From Candidatus Methanomethylicia archaeon (GTDB lineage Archaea > Thermoproteota > Methanomethylicia > Culexarchaeales > Culexarchaeaceae), in assembly GCA_038727515.1 (NCBI GenBank), contig JAVYVS010000002.1, forward strand, positions 75,683 through 139,682: a stretch of DNA of 64,000 bases, in the 5' to 3' direction. A model generated the notes under the pieces. The model had not been told where the DNA came from. It did no database searches and saw only the letters and a list, made by a program, of their open reading frames with translations. Position numbers and translations under genes: made by a program. This document shows, in pieces, positions 1 to 10,480 of this stretch. Numbering within the stretch: position 1 is the stretch's first letter; each line of letters opens with the position of its first letter.

Positions 1-400
1 GATAGAAATGATGTGCGGGGTTCTAGCCCATGCTGGAGGCCATGGATGCATTGGGCGCCACCCTCTATACCAATGTTAGCGTCAAGTCAAATCCTCCACC
101 TCTACCTCATTTTATCATCTCATTTTGTGATATATCACGTAATATGAGTGGATGGTGTTGATGTAAATGATATAGGTATGAGATTATTGGTAGGAAGTCA
201 TCTCCAATAAAGTATCAACCACCATCAATACTGATAGATTTAGAGAAGTTTTCATTTGGAGAAGCTTGAATTAGAATGAATATATCTAGGAAGACTGTTT
301 GGCGGTTAGTAAAAAACGCTAGGGAGAAGATTATTAAAGCATTAATTGATGGTAAACCAATAATAATACAAAAATAGTAGGTAGGTTTGTATTATATCAT

Positions 401-838
401 TTAAAAGGGTATTGAAAATCTAGATAAGACTTTAATTATATCTTTCAAAATTCTATCTTCATATTCCTTGAAATGTCTAGCTAAATCCCGTGTACTAAAC
501 ATCCCATATATTATTCCATCTTTTACCACTGGTATTCTACGTAGATCATATTTAACCATAATTTCAACAACTTCATCTAAAGTTGCATCTGGATCTACTG
601 TTATTAGAGGTTTACTCATAATCTCACTAACCTTAACTTTTGACGGTTCTTTCTCTAAAGCCATAACCTTAAATACTAGATCTCTCTCACTAACTATTCC
701 AATAGGTCTTCCTTTCTCTAAAACTATTAAATATCCAATATTTTTATCCAGCATCAATTTTGAAGCTTCTAGAGCTGTAGCTTCAACATCTATAGTAAAG
801 AATTCTCTCCTCATATACTCCTTTACACGATAAGACAT
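401..838 (-). CDS. CBS-domain pair protein
   Basis: 145 aa with two CBS-like repeats (GIVSERDL...; RIPVVKDGIIYGMFSTRDL), typical of standalone archaeal CBS proteins. Confidence 0.7.
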   Translation of the reverse strand: MSYRVKEYMRREFFTIDVEATALEASKLMLDKNIGYLIVLEKGRPIGIVSERDLVFKVMALEKEPSKVKVSEIMSKPLITVDPDATLDEVVEIMVKYDLRRIPVVKDGIIYGMFSTRDLARHFKEYEDRILKDIIKVLSRFSIPF

Positions 839-1038
839 ATTAACACCTATTTTTTCTATTTTTAATTGCCAATTTAAATAGTTATTTTTGTTTTAATGAT
901 TTTGAATAGTATTTTTGTTATAGATTAATTTAGATAGATATATCTAGTTTCAACACCAGTATACTAATCACTAGATATAACAGTTTATATTTTGTTTTAT
1001 AGAAGTGTTTAATAACTTCTATAAAGAGTTGGAGTGAT

Positions 1039-2214
1039 ATGGTTAAACGTGAATATTCTATTGTTTGGATATGGCTTTCAGTAATGCACTTCATAAATGA
1101 TTTTATAACTTCACTAATTCCAGCAATAATACTTGTTTTAAAGTATGAGTGGAATTTAAGTTATTCTAGTCAAGGCTTGTTGACGACTATACCCACATTT
1201 TTCATGGTTTTACCTCAGATTTTTACTGGTCATTTAGCTGATAGAATTCATGTTTCAAAATTGGTATTTACATGTATGTTTATGCTTGGTTTTGGAACTA
1301 TATTGATGGGTTTCTCATACGACTTTAATCAATTTATTATTTCAGCATGTATTATGAGTTTAGGTGCATCCTTTACCCATCCAACAATATACTCTATAAC
1401 CAGTAATCAGTATACTGGTGTTGAAACTAGATTTTTGAGTTTCGTTAGTGCAGCTGGAGATTTATCTTTACCAATAGTTTTTGCTCTCACTGGATTTTTA
1501 TTGAAGTTTCTTGGTTGGAGGATTATATTGTTATGTTATGGATTTATCGTTTTGATTTTAAGTGTAACACTTAAGTATTTTACTTCAACAATTGTGGTAA
1601 AATCTCTACCTAAATATGATTTAAAATCTATATCTTCAATTTTTAAGAGGGTTTTTTATCCATTGATTACCTTAGGTATTATGGTGGCATGTTATAGGAT
1701 AATACTAACTTTTACAACAACTTTCCTAAGTTTCATCGGTTTTATTGGTGAACAAGCGAATTATGTATTTGCACTAATGCTTTTGATTGGTGCTTTTGGA
1801 CCTATACTCATGGGTTTACTATCAAAACCTGGACATGAGGGTAGAATTGTATTTCTAGGTTTAACTCTCATATCTGCATTCTCCTTTATGATTGTACTTA
1901 GTAGGAGTTATTTATCTGCTGGAATACTTTCCCTCTTCCTCTCTATGGTTATCCTTATTATTCTTGGAATATGGCCCTCAATATACTCACTTATATCTAA
2001 AAGTTCTTTTAGTGGTTTAATGGGTTTAACTTATGGTTTTTCATTAACATTTACATGGGCCTTTGGATCTACTTGGCCATTTATAGCTGGTTTAGTATCT
2101 GACGTTTTTGGAATCGAATTTGCTTATTTGATTATAAGTTTGCTATCTATCATAGCTGGATTAATAGTTTTAAAATTTATTTTGCTGGATAAACATTTAC
2201 AAACTATTAAATAA
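1039..2214 (+). CDS. MFS-type membrane transporter
   Basis: 391 aa, about 12 hydrophobic helices with two 6-TM halves, MFS-like topology. Confidence 0.55.
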   Translation: MVKREYSIVWIWLSVMHFINDFITSLIPAIILVLKYEWNLSYSSQGLLTTIPTFFMVLPQIFTGHLADRIHVSKLVFTCMFMLGFGTILMGFSYDFNQFIISACIMSLGASFTHPTIYSITSNQYTGVETRFLSFVSAAGDLSLPIVFALTGFLLKFLGWRIILLCYGFIVLILSVTLKYFTSTIVVKSLPKYDLKSISSIFKRVFYPLITLGIMVACYRIILTFTTTFLSFIGFIGEQANYVFALMLLIGAFGPILMGLLSKPGHEGRIVFLGLTLISAFSFMIVLSRSYLSAGILSLFLSMVILIILGIWPSIYSLISKSSFSGLMGLTYGFSLTFTWAFGSTWPFIAGLVSDVFGIEFAYLIISLLSIIAGLIVLKFILLDKHLQTIK

Positions 2215-2235
2215 CCTTTTGATGTTATATAATTT

Positions 2236-3054
2236 ATGGTTTTAATGAAGTCTAAACCCATTATAACTTTACTAACTGATTTTGGTTTGAGGGATTCTTA
2301 TGTAGCTGAAATGAAAGCTGTTATTTTATCGATATGTCCTGAAGCTCATATTGTTGATATATCCCATGGAATTAGGAAATATGATATTCGTATGGGTGCA
2401 TACATTCTTTCTAGAGCTTCTCGATATTTCCCTGAAGGTACAATTCATGTCGCTGTTGTAGATCCTGGTGTTGGTGGTATTAGACGTCCAATAATTATAG
2501 AAAGTTTTAGAGCTTTCTATGTTGGTCCTGATAATGGTCTTTTAACACCTTCTGCGATTATGGATGGTATTAAACATGTATATTTGATTACAAATGATAA
2601 GTATATGCTTAAATGTGTTTCAAGAACTTTTCATGGTAGGGATATATTTTGTCCTGTGGCAGCGTATTTAGCTAAGGGTATTCCTCCCTCTGATTTCGGT
2701 CCTGAAATTTTTGATCCAATAATCCCAACTTTTGTAAATCCAAAAGTTTATGGAAATATTGTTGAAGGTGAAGTCATTCATATTGATGATTTTGGAAATA
2801 TTGTTACAAATATTTCTAGTGAACATTTAAGGTTAATTGGTTTATCTGAAGGTGATTTTTTGAATGTTAAATTTGGGGATAATCTTTTGAAATTGAAGTT
2901 TTGTAAAGCTTATAGTGATGTTCCATTGGGTCAACCTCTAATTATAATTGGTAGTGGTGGTTTTATTGAATTATCTATTAATCAAGGTGATGCAGCTAAA
3001 ACCTTTAATATTAATGTTGGTGATAAAATTGTTTTTCAGAGTAATGAACATTAG
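2236..3054 (+). CDS. S-adenosyl-L-methionine hydroxide adenosyltransferase (DUF62)
   Basis: Motifs LLTDFG, HVAVVDPGVG, FHGRDIF and IDDFGN match the archaeal DUF62 / SAM hydroxide adenosyltransferase family (e.g. Pyrococcus PH0463). Confidence 0.8.
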   Translation: MVLMKSKPIITLLTDFGLRDSYVAEMKAVILSICPEAHIVDISHGIRKYDIRMGAYILSRASRYFPEGTIHVAVVDPGVGGIRRPIIIESFRAFYVGPDNGLLTPSAIMDGIKHVYLITNDKYMLKCVSRTFHGRDIFCPVAAYLAKGIPPSDFGPEIFDPIIPTFVNPKVYGNIVEGEVIHIDDFGNIVTNISSEHLRLIGLSEGDFLNVKFGDNLLKLKFCKAYSDVPLGQPLIIIGSGGFIELSINQGDAAKTFNINVGDKIVFQSNEH

Positions 3055-3129
3055 ATACTTCCTTACTTAAATCTATGATTTCCTTAAATTTATGGTTAAG
3101 TTTTTATTCTTAACTTATTTAATCTTTGG

Positions 3130-4314
3130 TTGTCTTTGGTGGTTTATTTGGAGCGTAGGTTTCTGCTTATAATTTTAGCTGTTGTTGTTATGATGGTTAT
3201 TAGTATATATCAGTATTCATGGTCTCTATTTGCAGATTCTATAATTTCATGTTTGGGTTGGGATTCTGCAACTGTGGGTTTAGCTTTTACCATATTTACT
3301 TATACTGCAACCTTCATTCAACCTTTCTCTGGATTTTTGGCTGATGTTTATGGTGCTAGGAAGATAGCTATTTTAGCTTCAATAATTTGTGGTTTCGGTT
3401 TTATTTTATCATCTATAGCTGTTTCTCCAATGGTTTTATACTTTTTCTATGGTTTTGGAGGTTTAGGTGTTGGTATATTGTATGGTATTTCAACAGCTAT
3501 AGCTGTTAAATGGTTCCCCGAGAAACGTGGTTTTGCTACTGGTATTGTCGTTTTTGGTTTCGGTTCTGGTGCTGCCATTTTCAATCTCTTTATTCAATGG
3601 CTTATTTCAAATTATGGTTTGAGTTTTACATTTCAATTTATTGGAGTTTTAATTCTCTTCATAACCCTCTTTGCTTCATCTTTTTATTCTTATCCTAAGT
3701 ATTCCAGTGATGTTAAGCGTAGTAGTATAAATGTTAATTATAAACCTTTAGATATGGTTTTAACTTGGCAATGGCCTCTAATATACTTTTCATTTATATT
3801 TACTGTTGCTATAGTTCTAATTTTTGCTGCTCAATTAAAGATGCTTGCTAAAACCTTTAATATCTCTGGGTGGTATTTGAATATAGCTTTATTCCTATTT
3901 CCAATTGGTAATGGATTGAGTAGGATTTTTGCTGGCATCGCTTCTGATTGTATTGGGAGAATTAAGTCAATGTTTATATTCTATTTACTTCTTGGATTGT
4001 CTACTCTATCCTTAATATATCTTGGTGGTAATCCAAATCTATTTGTTATTTTGAGTTTTATTGTGGCTTTATTTGGAGGTTCACCCTTCGCATTTTATCC
4101 TTCTATTATAGGTGATTATTATGGATCTCTTTATGCTACTGCTAATTATGGTTTAACTTATACTGCTAAAGCTTGGGCTGGCTTAATATCTGGCTGGCTT
4201 ACTGGATACTTATATTTGATTTTTGGTTCTTATGATCAAATACTTCTCTTTTTAGCTTTTTCATCTATTATTGCTGCTTTCCTCTCTCTTATTCTTAAAC
4301 CTCCTACTAAATGA
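3130..4314 (+). CDS. MFS transporter (oxalate/formate antiporter-like)
   Basis: 394 aa polytopic membrane protein with a GxxADxxG-type loop (GFLADVYGARK) between TM2 and TM3. Confidence 0.55.
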   Translation: MSLVVYLERRFLLIILAVVVMMVISIYQYSWSLFADSIISCLGWDSATVGLAFTIFTYTATFIQPFSGFLADVYGARKIAILASIICGFGFILSSIAVSPMVLYFFYGFGGLGVGILYGISTAIAVKWFPEKRGFATGIVVFGFGSGAAIFNLFIQWLISNYGLSFTFQFIGVLILFITLFASSFYSYPKYSSDVKRSSINVNYKPLDMVLTWQWPLIYFSFIFTVAIVLIFAAQLKMLAKTFNISGWYLNIALFLFPIGNGLSRIFAGIASDCIGRIKSMFIFYLLLGLSTLSLIYLGGNPNLFVILSFIVALFGGSPFAFYPSIIGDYYGSLYATANYGLTYTAKAWAGLISGWLTGYLYLIFGSYDQILLFLAFSSIIAAFLSLILKPPTK

Positions 4315-4379
4315 TTATTTGTTTCCATTGTAACTCTAATTTTATATTGGTCTTATCCCATTTATCATTTGGGAATTTT

Positions 4380-6323
4380 ATGGTTGAATATAACCCCTTT
4401 GGTTTATTTAGGTCTGAGTGTGTTAATGCTATTTCTAATGCTTTATCAGAACTTGGATATTCTAGTTTTGAATTTTCTTTGGAGTATCCACCTCCTGGTA
4501 TTTCAGCTGATTTAGCTTTTCCAACATTTACACTTGCTAAATCTATTGGGATTAATCCAAATAGATTTGCACTTGATATTGCTTCTAGAATTGATAATTC
4601 AAAGTTTAATTTGATTGGTAGCATTGAAGTTTCTGGTGGTTACATAAATTTTAGGGTTAATTATCCTAAACTTGCACTTATAACTTTTAATTCTATTGAA
4701 TCTCTAGATTTAATGTATGGTTCTATTCCGGTGGATAAACCTTTAAGAATTGTTGTTGAGCATACTAGTGCAAACCCTATTCATCCTCTCCATATAGGTG
4801 CGGGTAGAAATGCCATTATTGGAGATAGTTTAGCTAGAATTTTGAAGTTTATGGGGCATATGGTTAAAACCCATTTTTATATAGATGATGTTGGTCTTCA
4901 GGTTTCAATAGCTGCATATGGTTATATGGGTGTTAAAGATAAGGTTAAGTGTGATTTGAAGTCTGATCATTTTATTGGTTTGATTTATGCTATTACAAAC
5001 TGTCTCATTGAAATTAAACGTATAAATACTCTCTTATCTACTTTGAAATCCTCCAATGCTAATGTTGATGAAATTTCTAAATTGAATTCTGAACTTTCAG
5101 ATTGGATCTCTGTAGCCGCTGAATTGAGGGAAAGGAATCCACATCTTTTTGATGTTTTATCTGACTATATTAATTCAGATCCAGATCCTATTGCCTCAAT
5201 TAATAAGCTTGATTTAGATTATGAAATGGGGTTGAATTATGCTAAGAATATTATTCGTGAGCTTTGTACAATGGTTATTGATGGTTTTAAGAGTACTCTT
5301 TCAAATCTTAATATTGAACATGAATTTTGGGATTGGGAGAGTGATGTTGTTTGGAGTGGTGATGTTAATAGGATTCTTGATAGCCTTAGGAGGAGTGGTT
5401 ATGTTAAATTTGATGGTAATGCTTGGATATTTGATGTGGAATCTGTTTGTAGAGATTTAGGTTTAAAGAAGATTTTAAAGATAGATGAACACCATGAGCT
5501 TCCACAACTTACATTGAGGAGGTCTGATGGTAGAACGCTTTATACAACTAGGGATATCGCTTATACGATTAAACAGTTTAAAGATGCTGATATGGTTATT
5601 CATGTTATTGGCCATGAGCAATCTTTAGCTCAAACTCAATTAAGGGTTGCTTTGGCTTGTATGGGGCTTATGAATTATGCTTTGAATTTAATGCATTATT
5701 CCTATGAATTAGTTCATCTTCCAGGTTTTAAGATGTCTAGTAGACGTGGTAGATATGTGGATCTAGATGGATTATTTAAGGAAGCTGTGGATAGATGTAT
5801 TATTGAAGTTTCTAAGAGGAATCCTAATTTAAGTGAATCTGAAGTTAAAGCTATTGCTAAAATTATTGCTGCTGGAGCTATAAGGTATGCGATGCTTTCA
5901 GTCTCTCCAAATAAAAGGATTGTTTTCGATTGGAATAAGGTTTTAGATTTTAATCAGAATAGTGGTCCCTTTATTCAGTATGCACATGCAAGAGCGTATA
6001 ACATTTTGGATAAGGTGAATTGGGATTATAGTAATTATGATGTTTATAAACTTAAAGATCCATTGGAGCATAGGCTTATAGTGGATGTTGCTAAGTTTCC
6101 AGAGGTTATTTCTGAAACTTATTCTAGACTTAGCTTCGAATCTTTATGTGTATATTTGAATAATCTAGCTATGGATTTCAATTTATTCTATGATAATCTT
6201 CCAGTTTTAAAGTGTGAAGATGAGGGGTTGAGGAATGCTAGAGTTATGCTTGTAAAATCCGTTATGAAGACTTTAAGGAATGGTTTAAATATTCTTGGGA
6301 TAGAAGCTCCAAAGAGAATGTAA
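4380..6323 (+). CDS. argS: arginyl-tRNA synthetase
   Basis: Class-I HIGH-like (ANPIHPLHIGAGRN) and KMSK-like (FKMSSRRG) motifs with a DALR-type C-terminus. The start is moved to the ATG at 4380 (MVEYNPFG...) because the upstream ORF-track extension overlaps the MFS gene. Confidence 0.88.
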   Translation: MVEYNPFGLFRSECVNAISNALSELGYSSFEFSLEYPPPGISADLAFPTFTLAKSIGINPNRFALDIASRIDNSKFNLIGSIEVSGGYINFRVNYPKLALITFNSIESLDLMYGSIPVDKPLRIVVEHTSANPIHPLHIGAGRNAIIGDSLARILKFMGHMVKTHFYIDDVGLQVSIAAYGYMGVKDKVKCDLKSDHFIGLIYAITNCLIEIKRINTLLSTLKSSNANVDEISKLNSELSDWISVAAELRERNPHLFDVLSDYINSDPDPIASINKLDLDYEMGLNYAKNIIRELCTMVIDGFKSTLSNLNIEHEFWDWESDVVWSGDVNRILDSLRRSGYVKFDGNAWIFDVESVCRDLGLKKILKIDEHHELPQLTLRRSDGRTLYTTRDIAYTIKQFKDADMVIHVIGHEQSLAQTQLRVALACMGLMNYALNLMHYSYELVHLPGFKMSSRRGRYVDLDGLFKEAVDRCIIEVSKRNPNLSESEVKAIAKIIAAGAIRYAMLSVSPNKRIVFDWNKVLDFNQNSGPFIQYAHARAYNILDKVNWDYSNYDVYKLKDPLEHRLIVDVAKFPEVISETYSRLSFESLCVYLNNLAMDFNLFYDNLPVLKCEDEGLRNARVMLVKSVMKTLRNGLNILGIEAPKRM

Positions 6324-6373
6324 ATTTATTAGAAAAATTTATTTTTAGCATCATTAACCAAATTAATATTTGG

Positions 6374-8803
6374 TTGGTGATTCCTATTGGTGGAAAGCTT
6401 AGACCTAAGATAGTTGAAAAGCGTTGGGATAGATCTGAAGAGTCTAAGATCATCGATTCTTGGTGGAGTGAGGGTATATATAAGTTCAATTATGATGTTA
6501 ATGATCCTAGACCTATAATTGTATTTGATACACCTCCACCATATGCTTCAGGTCCTTGGAATGTTGGTAATTTAGCTCATTATATGCAGATTGATATGGT
6601 TGGAAGATACTTTAGGATGAGGGGATTTAATGTTTTATTACCTTTCTATGCTGATAGAAATGGTCTTCCAGTGGAAGTTCAAGTGGAGCGTAAACTTGGT
6701 TTAAATATTCATGAGATTGCGTCAACCCCTATTGGTAGAGAGAAGTTCATAGAACTATGTAAGGCTGAATTGGATAATGTTGAGAAACTCCTCATTGACG
6801 GTTTGATTAAAAGTGGATGTAGCTTTGAATATTGGCGTTCTGGAACTGATAGCCCTGAGTATAGACGTATAACTCAAGCTACATTTATTGAGTTATTTAA
6901 GAATAATTTGATTTATGAAGCTGAAAGGCCTGTTAATTGGTGTCCACGTTGTAGAACTACACTTGCAGATGCTGAATTAGAGTATAGATCTAGTTTAGCT
7001 AAGCTCTACTATATTAAGTTTGGTATTCATGAGACTGGTGGGGAAATAGTTATTGCCACCACTAGACCTGAGCTCTTGGGAGCATGCGCCATAGTCATAT
7101 ATAATCCAAATGATGATAGATATAAGCATTTAAAGGGGTTGCATGCTATTGTACCAATATATGATAGAGTAGTTCCAATTGTGGAGAGACCTGAAGCTAA
7201 ACCAGATTTTGGAACTGGGTTAGCAATGATATGTAGTTATGGTGATAGTGTTGATGTAAAGATCTTTAGAGATATGAATCTTGAACCTAGAGTATTAATT
7301 GATAGAGATGGAAGAATGAATGATTATTCAGGCTTTCTTAGAGGGTTAAGTATTACTGAAGCTAGAGATAGTATAGTTAATGAACTTAAATCTAGAAATC
7401 TAATCGTTAAAATTGAAAATATTGAACATGAACATCCAGTTTGCTGGAGGTGTAAGACTTCAATTGAATTTATACATTCCAAAGAGTACTTTTTGAAACA
7501 AGTGGAATTTAAAGAAGATTTAAAGAAGATTATTGATCTTATGATATTTTATCCTGAAGAACATAAGAAGAGACTTATTGATTGGATTACATCTGTATCT
7601 ACTGATTGGCCTATTAGTAAAGATAGATATTATGCCACTGAAGTTCCAGTTTGGAAATGTAAAGTTTGCAATAATATTCTACTTCCAGAGCCTGGTAGAT
7701 ATTATAGGCCTTGGATTGATAAACCACCTTTCAATTTATGTCCAATTTGTGGTGCAAGTATTGATAATATTTATGGAGAAGTTAAAGTTCTTGATACATG
7801 GTTTGATTCATCAATAAGTGTACTATATGTTTCAATGTATGGTGATAAATTATTCGATAAGTTATTTAATAATACCGTTAGACCACAGGGATATGATATT
7901 ATTAGAACTTGGCTTTATTATTCAATTCTAAGAGTTTATCAATTATTGAAAAAACCTGCATTCAAGTATGTTAGGATTAGCGGTATGGGCTTAGATGAAA
8001 AGGGTGAAGCTATGCATAAATCTAAGGGTAACGTTATAGATCCAAAACCATATATAGATAAGTATGGTGTAGATGCATTTAGATTTTGGGCGGCAGCTGC
8101 TTCTAAACTTGGTAGTGATTATAGATTTTCAGAACAGTTAATAAAGACTGGAGCTTTATTTGTAACTAAGCTTTGGAATTTAGCTAGATTTATATCTTCA
8201 TTTCCATTTCCAGAAATTAGTGATGTAGAATTTAGACCATTAGATCTAGCAATGATATCAGCATTAAATAAACTTATTGAAAAATGTATTTCAGCATATG
8301 ATTCCATGGATGTTTATACACCTGCAAATGAAATATACAATTTCGCTTGGAATGTATTTGCGTCACATTATCTAGAAGCGGTTAAATCTAGAGTATATAA
8401 TGAACATGGTAAATATAGGGAATCTCAACAGAAAGCTTCATGGTATACTCTCCATACAGTATTTTCAAATATACTTAAATTGTTAGCACCAATAATGCCA
8501 ATAATAACGGATTCCATATGGAGAATGCTATACTCTAATAGGAGCATACATTTAGAGAGAATAATGGATCCGGATCCAAGATGGAATTATCCTACAAAGT
8601 CGCTTGAATTATTAATTTCAGCCAATAGCAAAATATGGAGTTATAAGAGGAGTATGGGATTACGTTTAAATGATCCATTGAAGGTTGAAGTTAAATTTGC
8701 AATTGAATACAGCGATATTATTGATGAATTAGTAGATTTACATTTATTGATGAACTATAAAATCATTGAATCAACTGGTGAACGCATAGAGTTTCAATCA
8801 TAA
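6374..8803 (+). CDS. valS: valyl-tRNA synthetase (class Ia)
   Basis: An N-terminus like archaeal ValRS (W..W.EGIYKF, TPPPYASG), a KMSKS box (KMHKSKGNV) and an editing-domain region; 809 aa fits archaeal ValRS. The HIGH box is degenerate (WNVGNLAH). Confidence 0.75.
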   Translation: MVIPIGGKLRPKIVEKRWDRSEESKIIDSWWSEGIYKFNYDVNDPRPIIVFDTPPPYASGPWNVGNLAHYMQIDMVGRYFRMRGFNVLLPFYADRNGLPVEVQVERKLGLNIHEIASTPIGREKFIELCKAELDNVEKLLIDGLIKSGCSFEYWRSGTDSPEYRRITQATFIELFKNNLIYEAERPVNWCPRCRTTLADAELEYRSSLAKLYYIKFGIHETGGEIVIATTRPELLGACAIVIYNPNDDRYKHLKGLHAIVPIYDRVVPIVERPEAKPDFGTGLAMICSYGDSVDVKIFRDMNLEPRVLIDRDGRMNDYSGFLRGLSITEARDSIVNELKSRNLIVKIENIEHEHPVCWRCKTSIEFIHSKEYFLKQVEFKEDLKKIIDLMIFYPEEHKKRLIDWITSVSTDWPISKDRYYATEVPVWKCKVCNNILLPEPGRYYRPWIDKPPFNLCPICGASIDNIYGEVKVLDTWFDSSISVLYVSMYGDKLFDKLFNNTVRPQGYDIIRTWLYYSILRVYQLLKKPAFKYVRISGMGLDEKGEAMHKSKGNVIDPKPYIDKYGVDAFRFWAAAASKLGSDYRFSEQLIKTGALFVTKLWNLARFISSFPFPEISDVEFRPLDLAMISALNKLIEKCISAYDSMDVYTPANEIYNFAWNVFASHYLEAVKSRVYNEHGKYRESQQKASWYTLHTVFSNILKLLAPIMPIITDSIWRMLYSNRSIHLERIMDPDPRWNYPTKSLELLISANSKIWSYKRSMGLRLNDPLKVEVKFAIEYSDIIDELVDLHLLMNYKIIESTGERIEFQS

Positions 8804-8805
8804 TA

Positions 8806-9243
8806 TCATATAGCAATTTCTTCAATCAACTTTTTACATAACATGTGTATGTGCTTAGCTCTATTTAGTGAATCTTCAGCATCCCCTCTTCCTATAACAT
8901 CATTTGGAGATAATAGTGCTTCTTCCCCACCATAGAAGCTTATCTCCCTTTTCCCCACCAAAATTTTTGATGATTGAGATATAAAATTCAATTCTTTCTT
9001 AAACCATTCTGGGAATCTATCTTTTACATCAATTAGAACATCAGATACATCATGAATTTTCGGGTATTCTATTCCCACAGCCTTTAATACTGCTTTTAAA
9101 GATAGTTCCACACATTCTTGACTCAACCTTACTGTGTATGGATAATTCTCTTCAATTAATGCATCTTCTGCATCTTTCAATCTAGCTTCTGCCTGTCTCA
9201 AATATGATTTTGCTATTTTAATCAATTTCAATTTTCTCACCAA
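8806..9243 (-). CDS. HEPN-domain protein (toxin-like partner of MNT)
   Basis: 145 aa with a C-terminal R-x4-H motif (RAKHIH) and HEPN-like helices. It overlaps the upstream nucleotidyltransferase gene by 26 nt on the same strand. Confidence 0.65.
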   Translation of the reverse strand: MVRKLKLIKIAKSYLRQAEARLKDAEDALIEENYPYTVRLSQECVELSLKAVLKAVGIEYPKIHDVSDVLIDVKDRFPEWFKKELNFISQSSKILVGKREISFYGGEEALLSPNDVIGRGDAEDSLNRAKHIHMLCKKLIEEIAI

Positions 9244-9970
9244 ACTTGTAATTTGGTTTTAGATCCCAATACCAAAACTTCTTATTAATGAAAATCCTTT
9301 TTGCATTGATTTCTATCAACTTTGATTTAAAATTCAACAATATTCTTTCTAGGAAACTATTTTTATCATACAATACTATTGCTTCCTCAGTTAAATCTAA
9401 GAATAATAGTGGTAGTTTTTCAGCTTCAACTTTACGTAATGGGTAGAAACTCAATCCAGTATATATCCCATTCTTCCTAAGCCAATTCAATTCATCCCTT
9501 AATTTTTCTTCAATTTTAATTAGGCTATCTATTCTAGAGGCTATTGTACCATGAAAATCATCTGAAATCAATAATATATCCACATCACTAGTGTTAGAGG
9601 TAGTACCCCTAGCCACTGAACCATAAATTGCAAAAGATTCTAAACAAATATTCTCCATGATTAATCTTAAACAATCCAATATCAACTTTAAATATGCTTC
9701 TTGCTTCACTTTATCAAAATTCTTTACCATACCTGAAGCTATGAAAATCATGTTTTCAGGATCAATCAATCTATAAATTCTAGGCCTACTTTTCTTAAAC
9801 ACCAATATAAGCCTTTTAGAATGAAGCATGCTAAAAACTACTGAAAGCTTATTATCATCAAATAACAACACATTCTTAGCATCATTAAAAGTAAACAAAC
9901 CTAGTTTAAACTTCATATATAGTTTAGAGTAACATTCACCAAGCCATTTTGGGATCCACAAAGTTATCAT
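9218..9970 (-). CDS. minimal nucleotidyltransferase (MNT) domain protein with extra N-terminal domain
   Basis: Pol-beta NTase signature GSVARGTTSNTSDVDILL (GS-x9-13-DxD). At 250 aa it is unusually long for an MNT. Confidence 0.7.
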   Translation of the reverse strand: MITLWIPKWLGECYSKLYMKFKLGLFTFNDAKNVLLFDDNKLSVVFSMLHSKRLILVFKKSRPRIYRLIDPENMIFIASGMVKNFDKVKQEAYLKLILDCLRLIMENICLESFAIYGSVARGTTSNTSDVDILLISDDFHGTIASRIDSLIKIEEKLRDELNWLRKNGIYTGLSFYPLRKVEAEKLPLLFLDLTEEAIVLYDKNSFLERILLNFKSKLIEINAKRIFINKKFWYWDLKPNYKFGEKIEID

Positions 9971-10126
9971 GGGAATATTAACCTTAACTATTTATTAATG
10001 TTTTTCTCATCTCTAAAGTTTTGTAGAAATCAATCTTAAGCATCATTCTTCACGAGTCTTAAACTTCGCTCTAAGGTTAGATTGTTTTAGAAAACTATTA
10101 TATTTAATGTAGCCTCTAAATTTATT

Positions 10127-10468
10127 GTGTCTTCAGAGGATAGATCTTTAGGGTTTGCTCCAATTTTTTGGGGTACTTTAGGATTGTTTATGTTTGTTAA
10201 TGGTATTCAAAATAATGATATTGTTTCAACTTCTCTGGGTTTATCCCTAATCTTTACATGTATTTTATTAGCCGCATCTAGATATGTCACAAATATTAAA
10301 TTGAGTAAAATTTTAGAGTATTCTTCTATTATAGGGTCTTTGGGGATAATTCTCCACGGTTATATTATAACTGAAAACATGTTTCTATTATTCATAGCCT
10401 TAACAATAATTATCGTAATAATTTGTAGAATAGTGTATTTAAAAATGATAAAGAAAATTGGTGGATAA
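10127..10468 (+). CDS. small hydrophobic membrane protein (hypothetical)
   Basis: 113 aa, about 3 TM helices, no recognisable motif. Confidence 0.3.
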   Translation: MSSEDRSLGFAPIFWGTLGLFMFVNGIQNNDIVSTSLGLSLIFTCILLAASRYVTNIKLSKILEYSSIIGSLGIILHGYIITENMFLLFIALTIIIVIICRIVYLKMIKKIGG

Positions 10469-10480
10469 GTTTGACACTAA

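Noticed and set aside
468-833. Plus-strand 121-aa ORF opposite the CBS-domain gene
   Set aside because: It fully overlaps a well-supported minus-strand gene and has low-complexity S/T/I-rich translation, typical of antisense ORFs in AT-rich DNA.
3510-5460. Short ORFs 3510-3698 (+), 4307-4624 (-) and 5239-5460 (+) inside or antisense to the MFS and argS genes
   Set aside because: They are embedded in or antisense to strongly supported genes and their peptides are compositionally odd.
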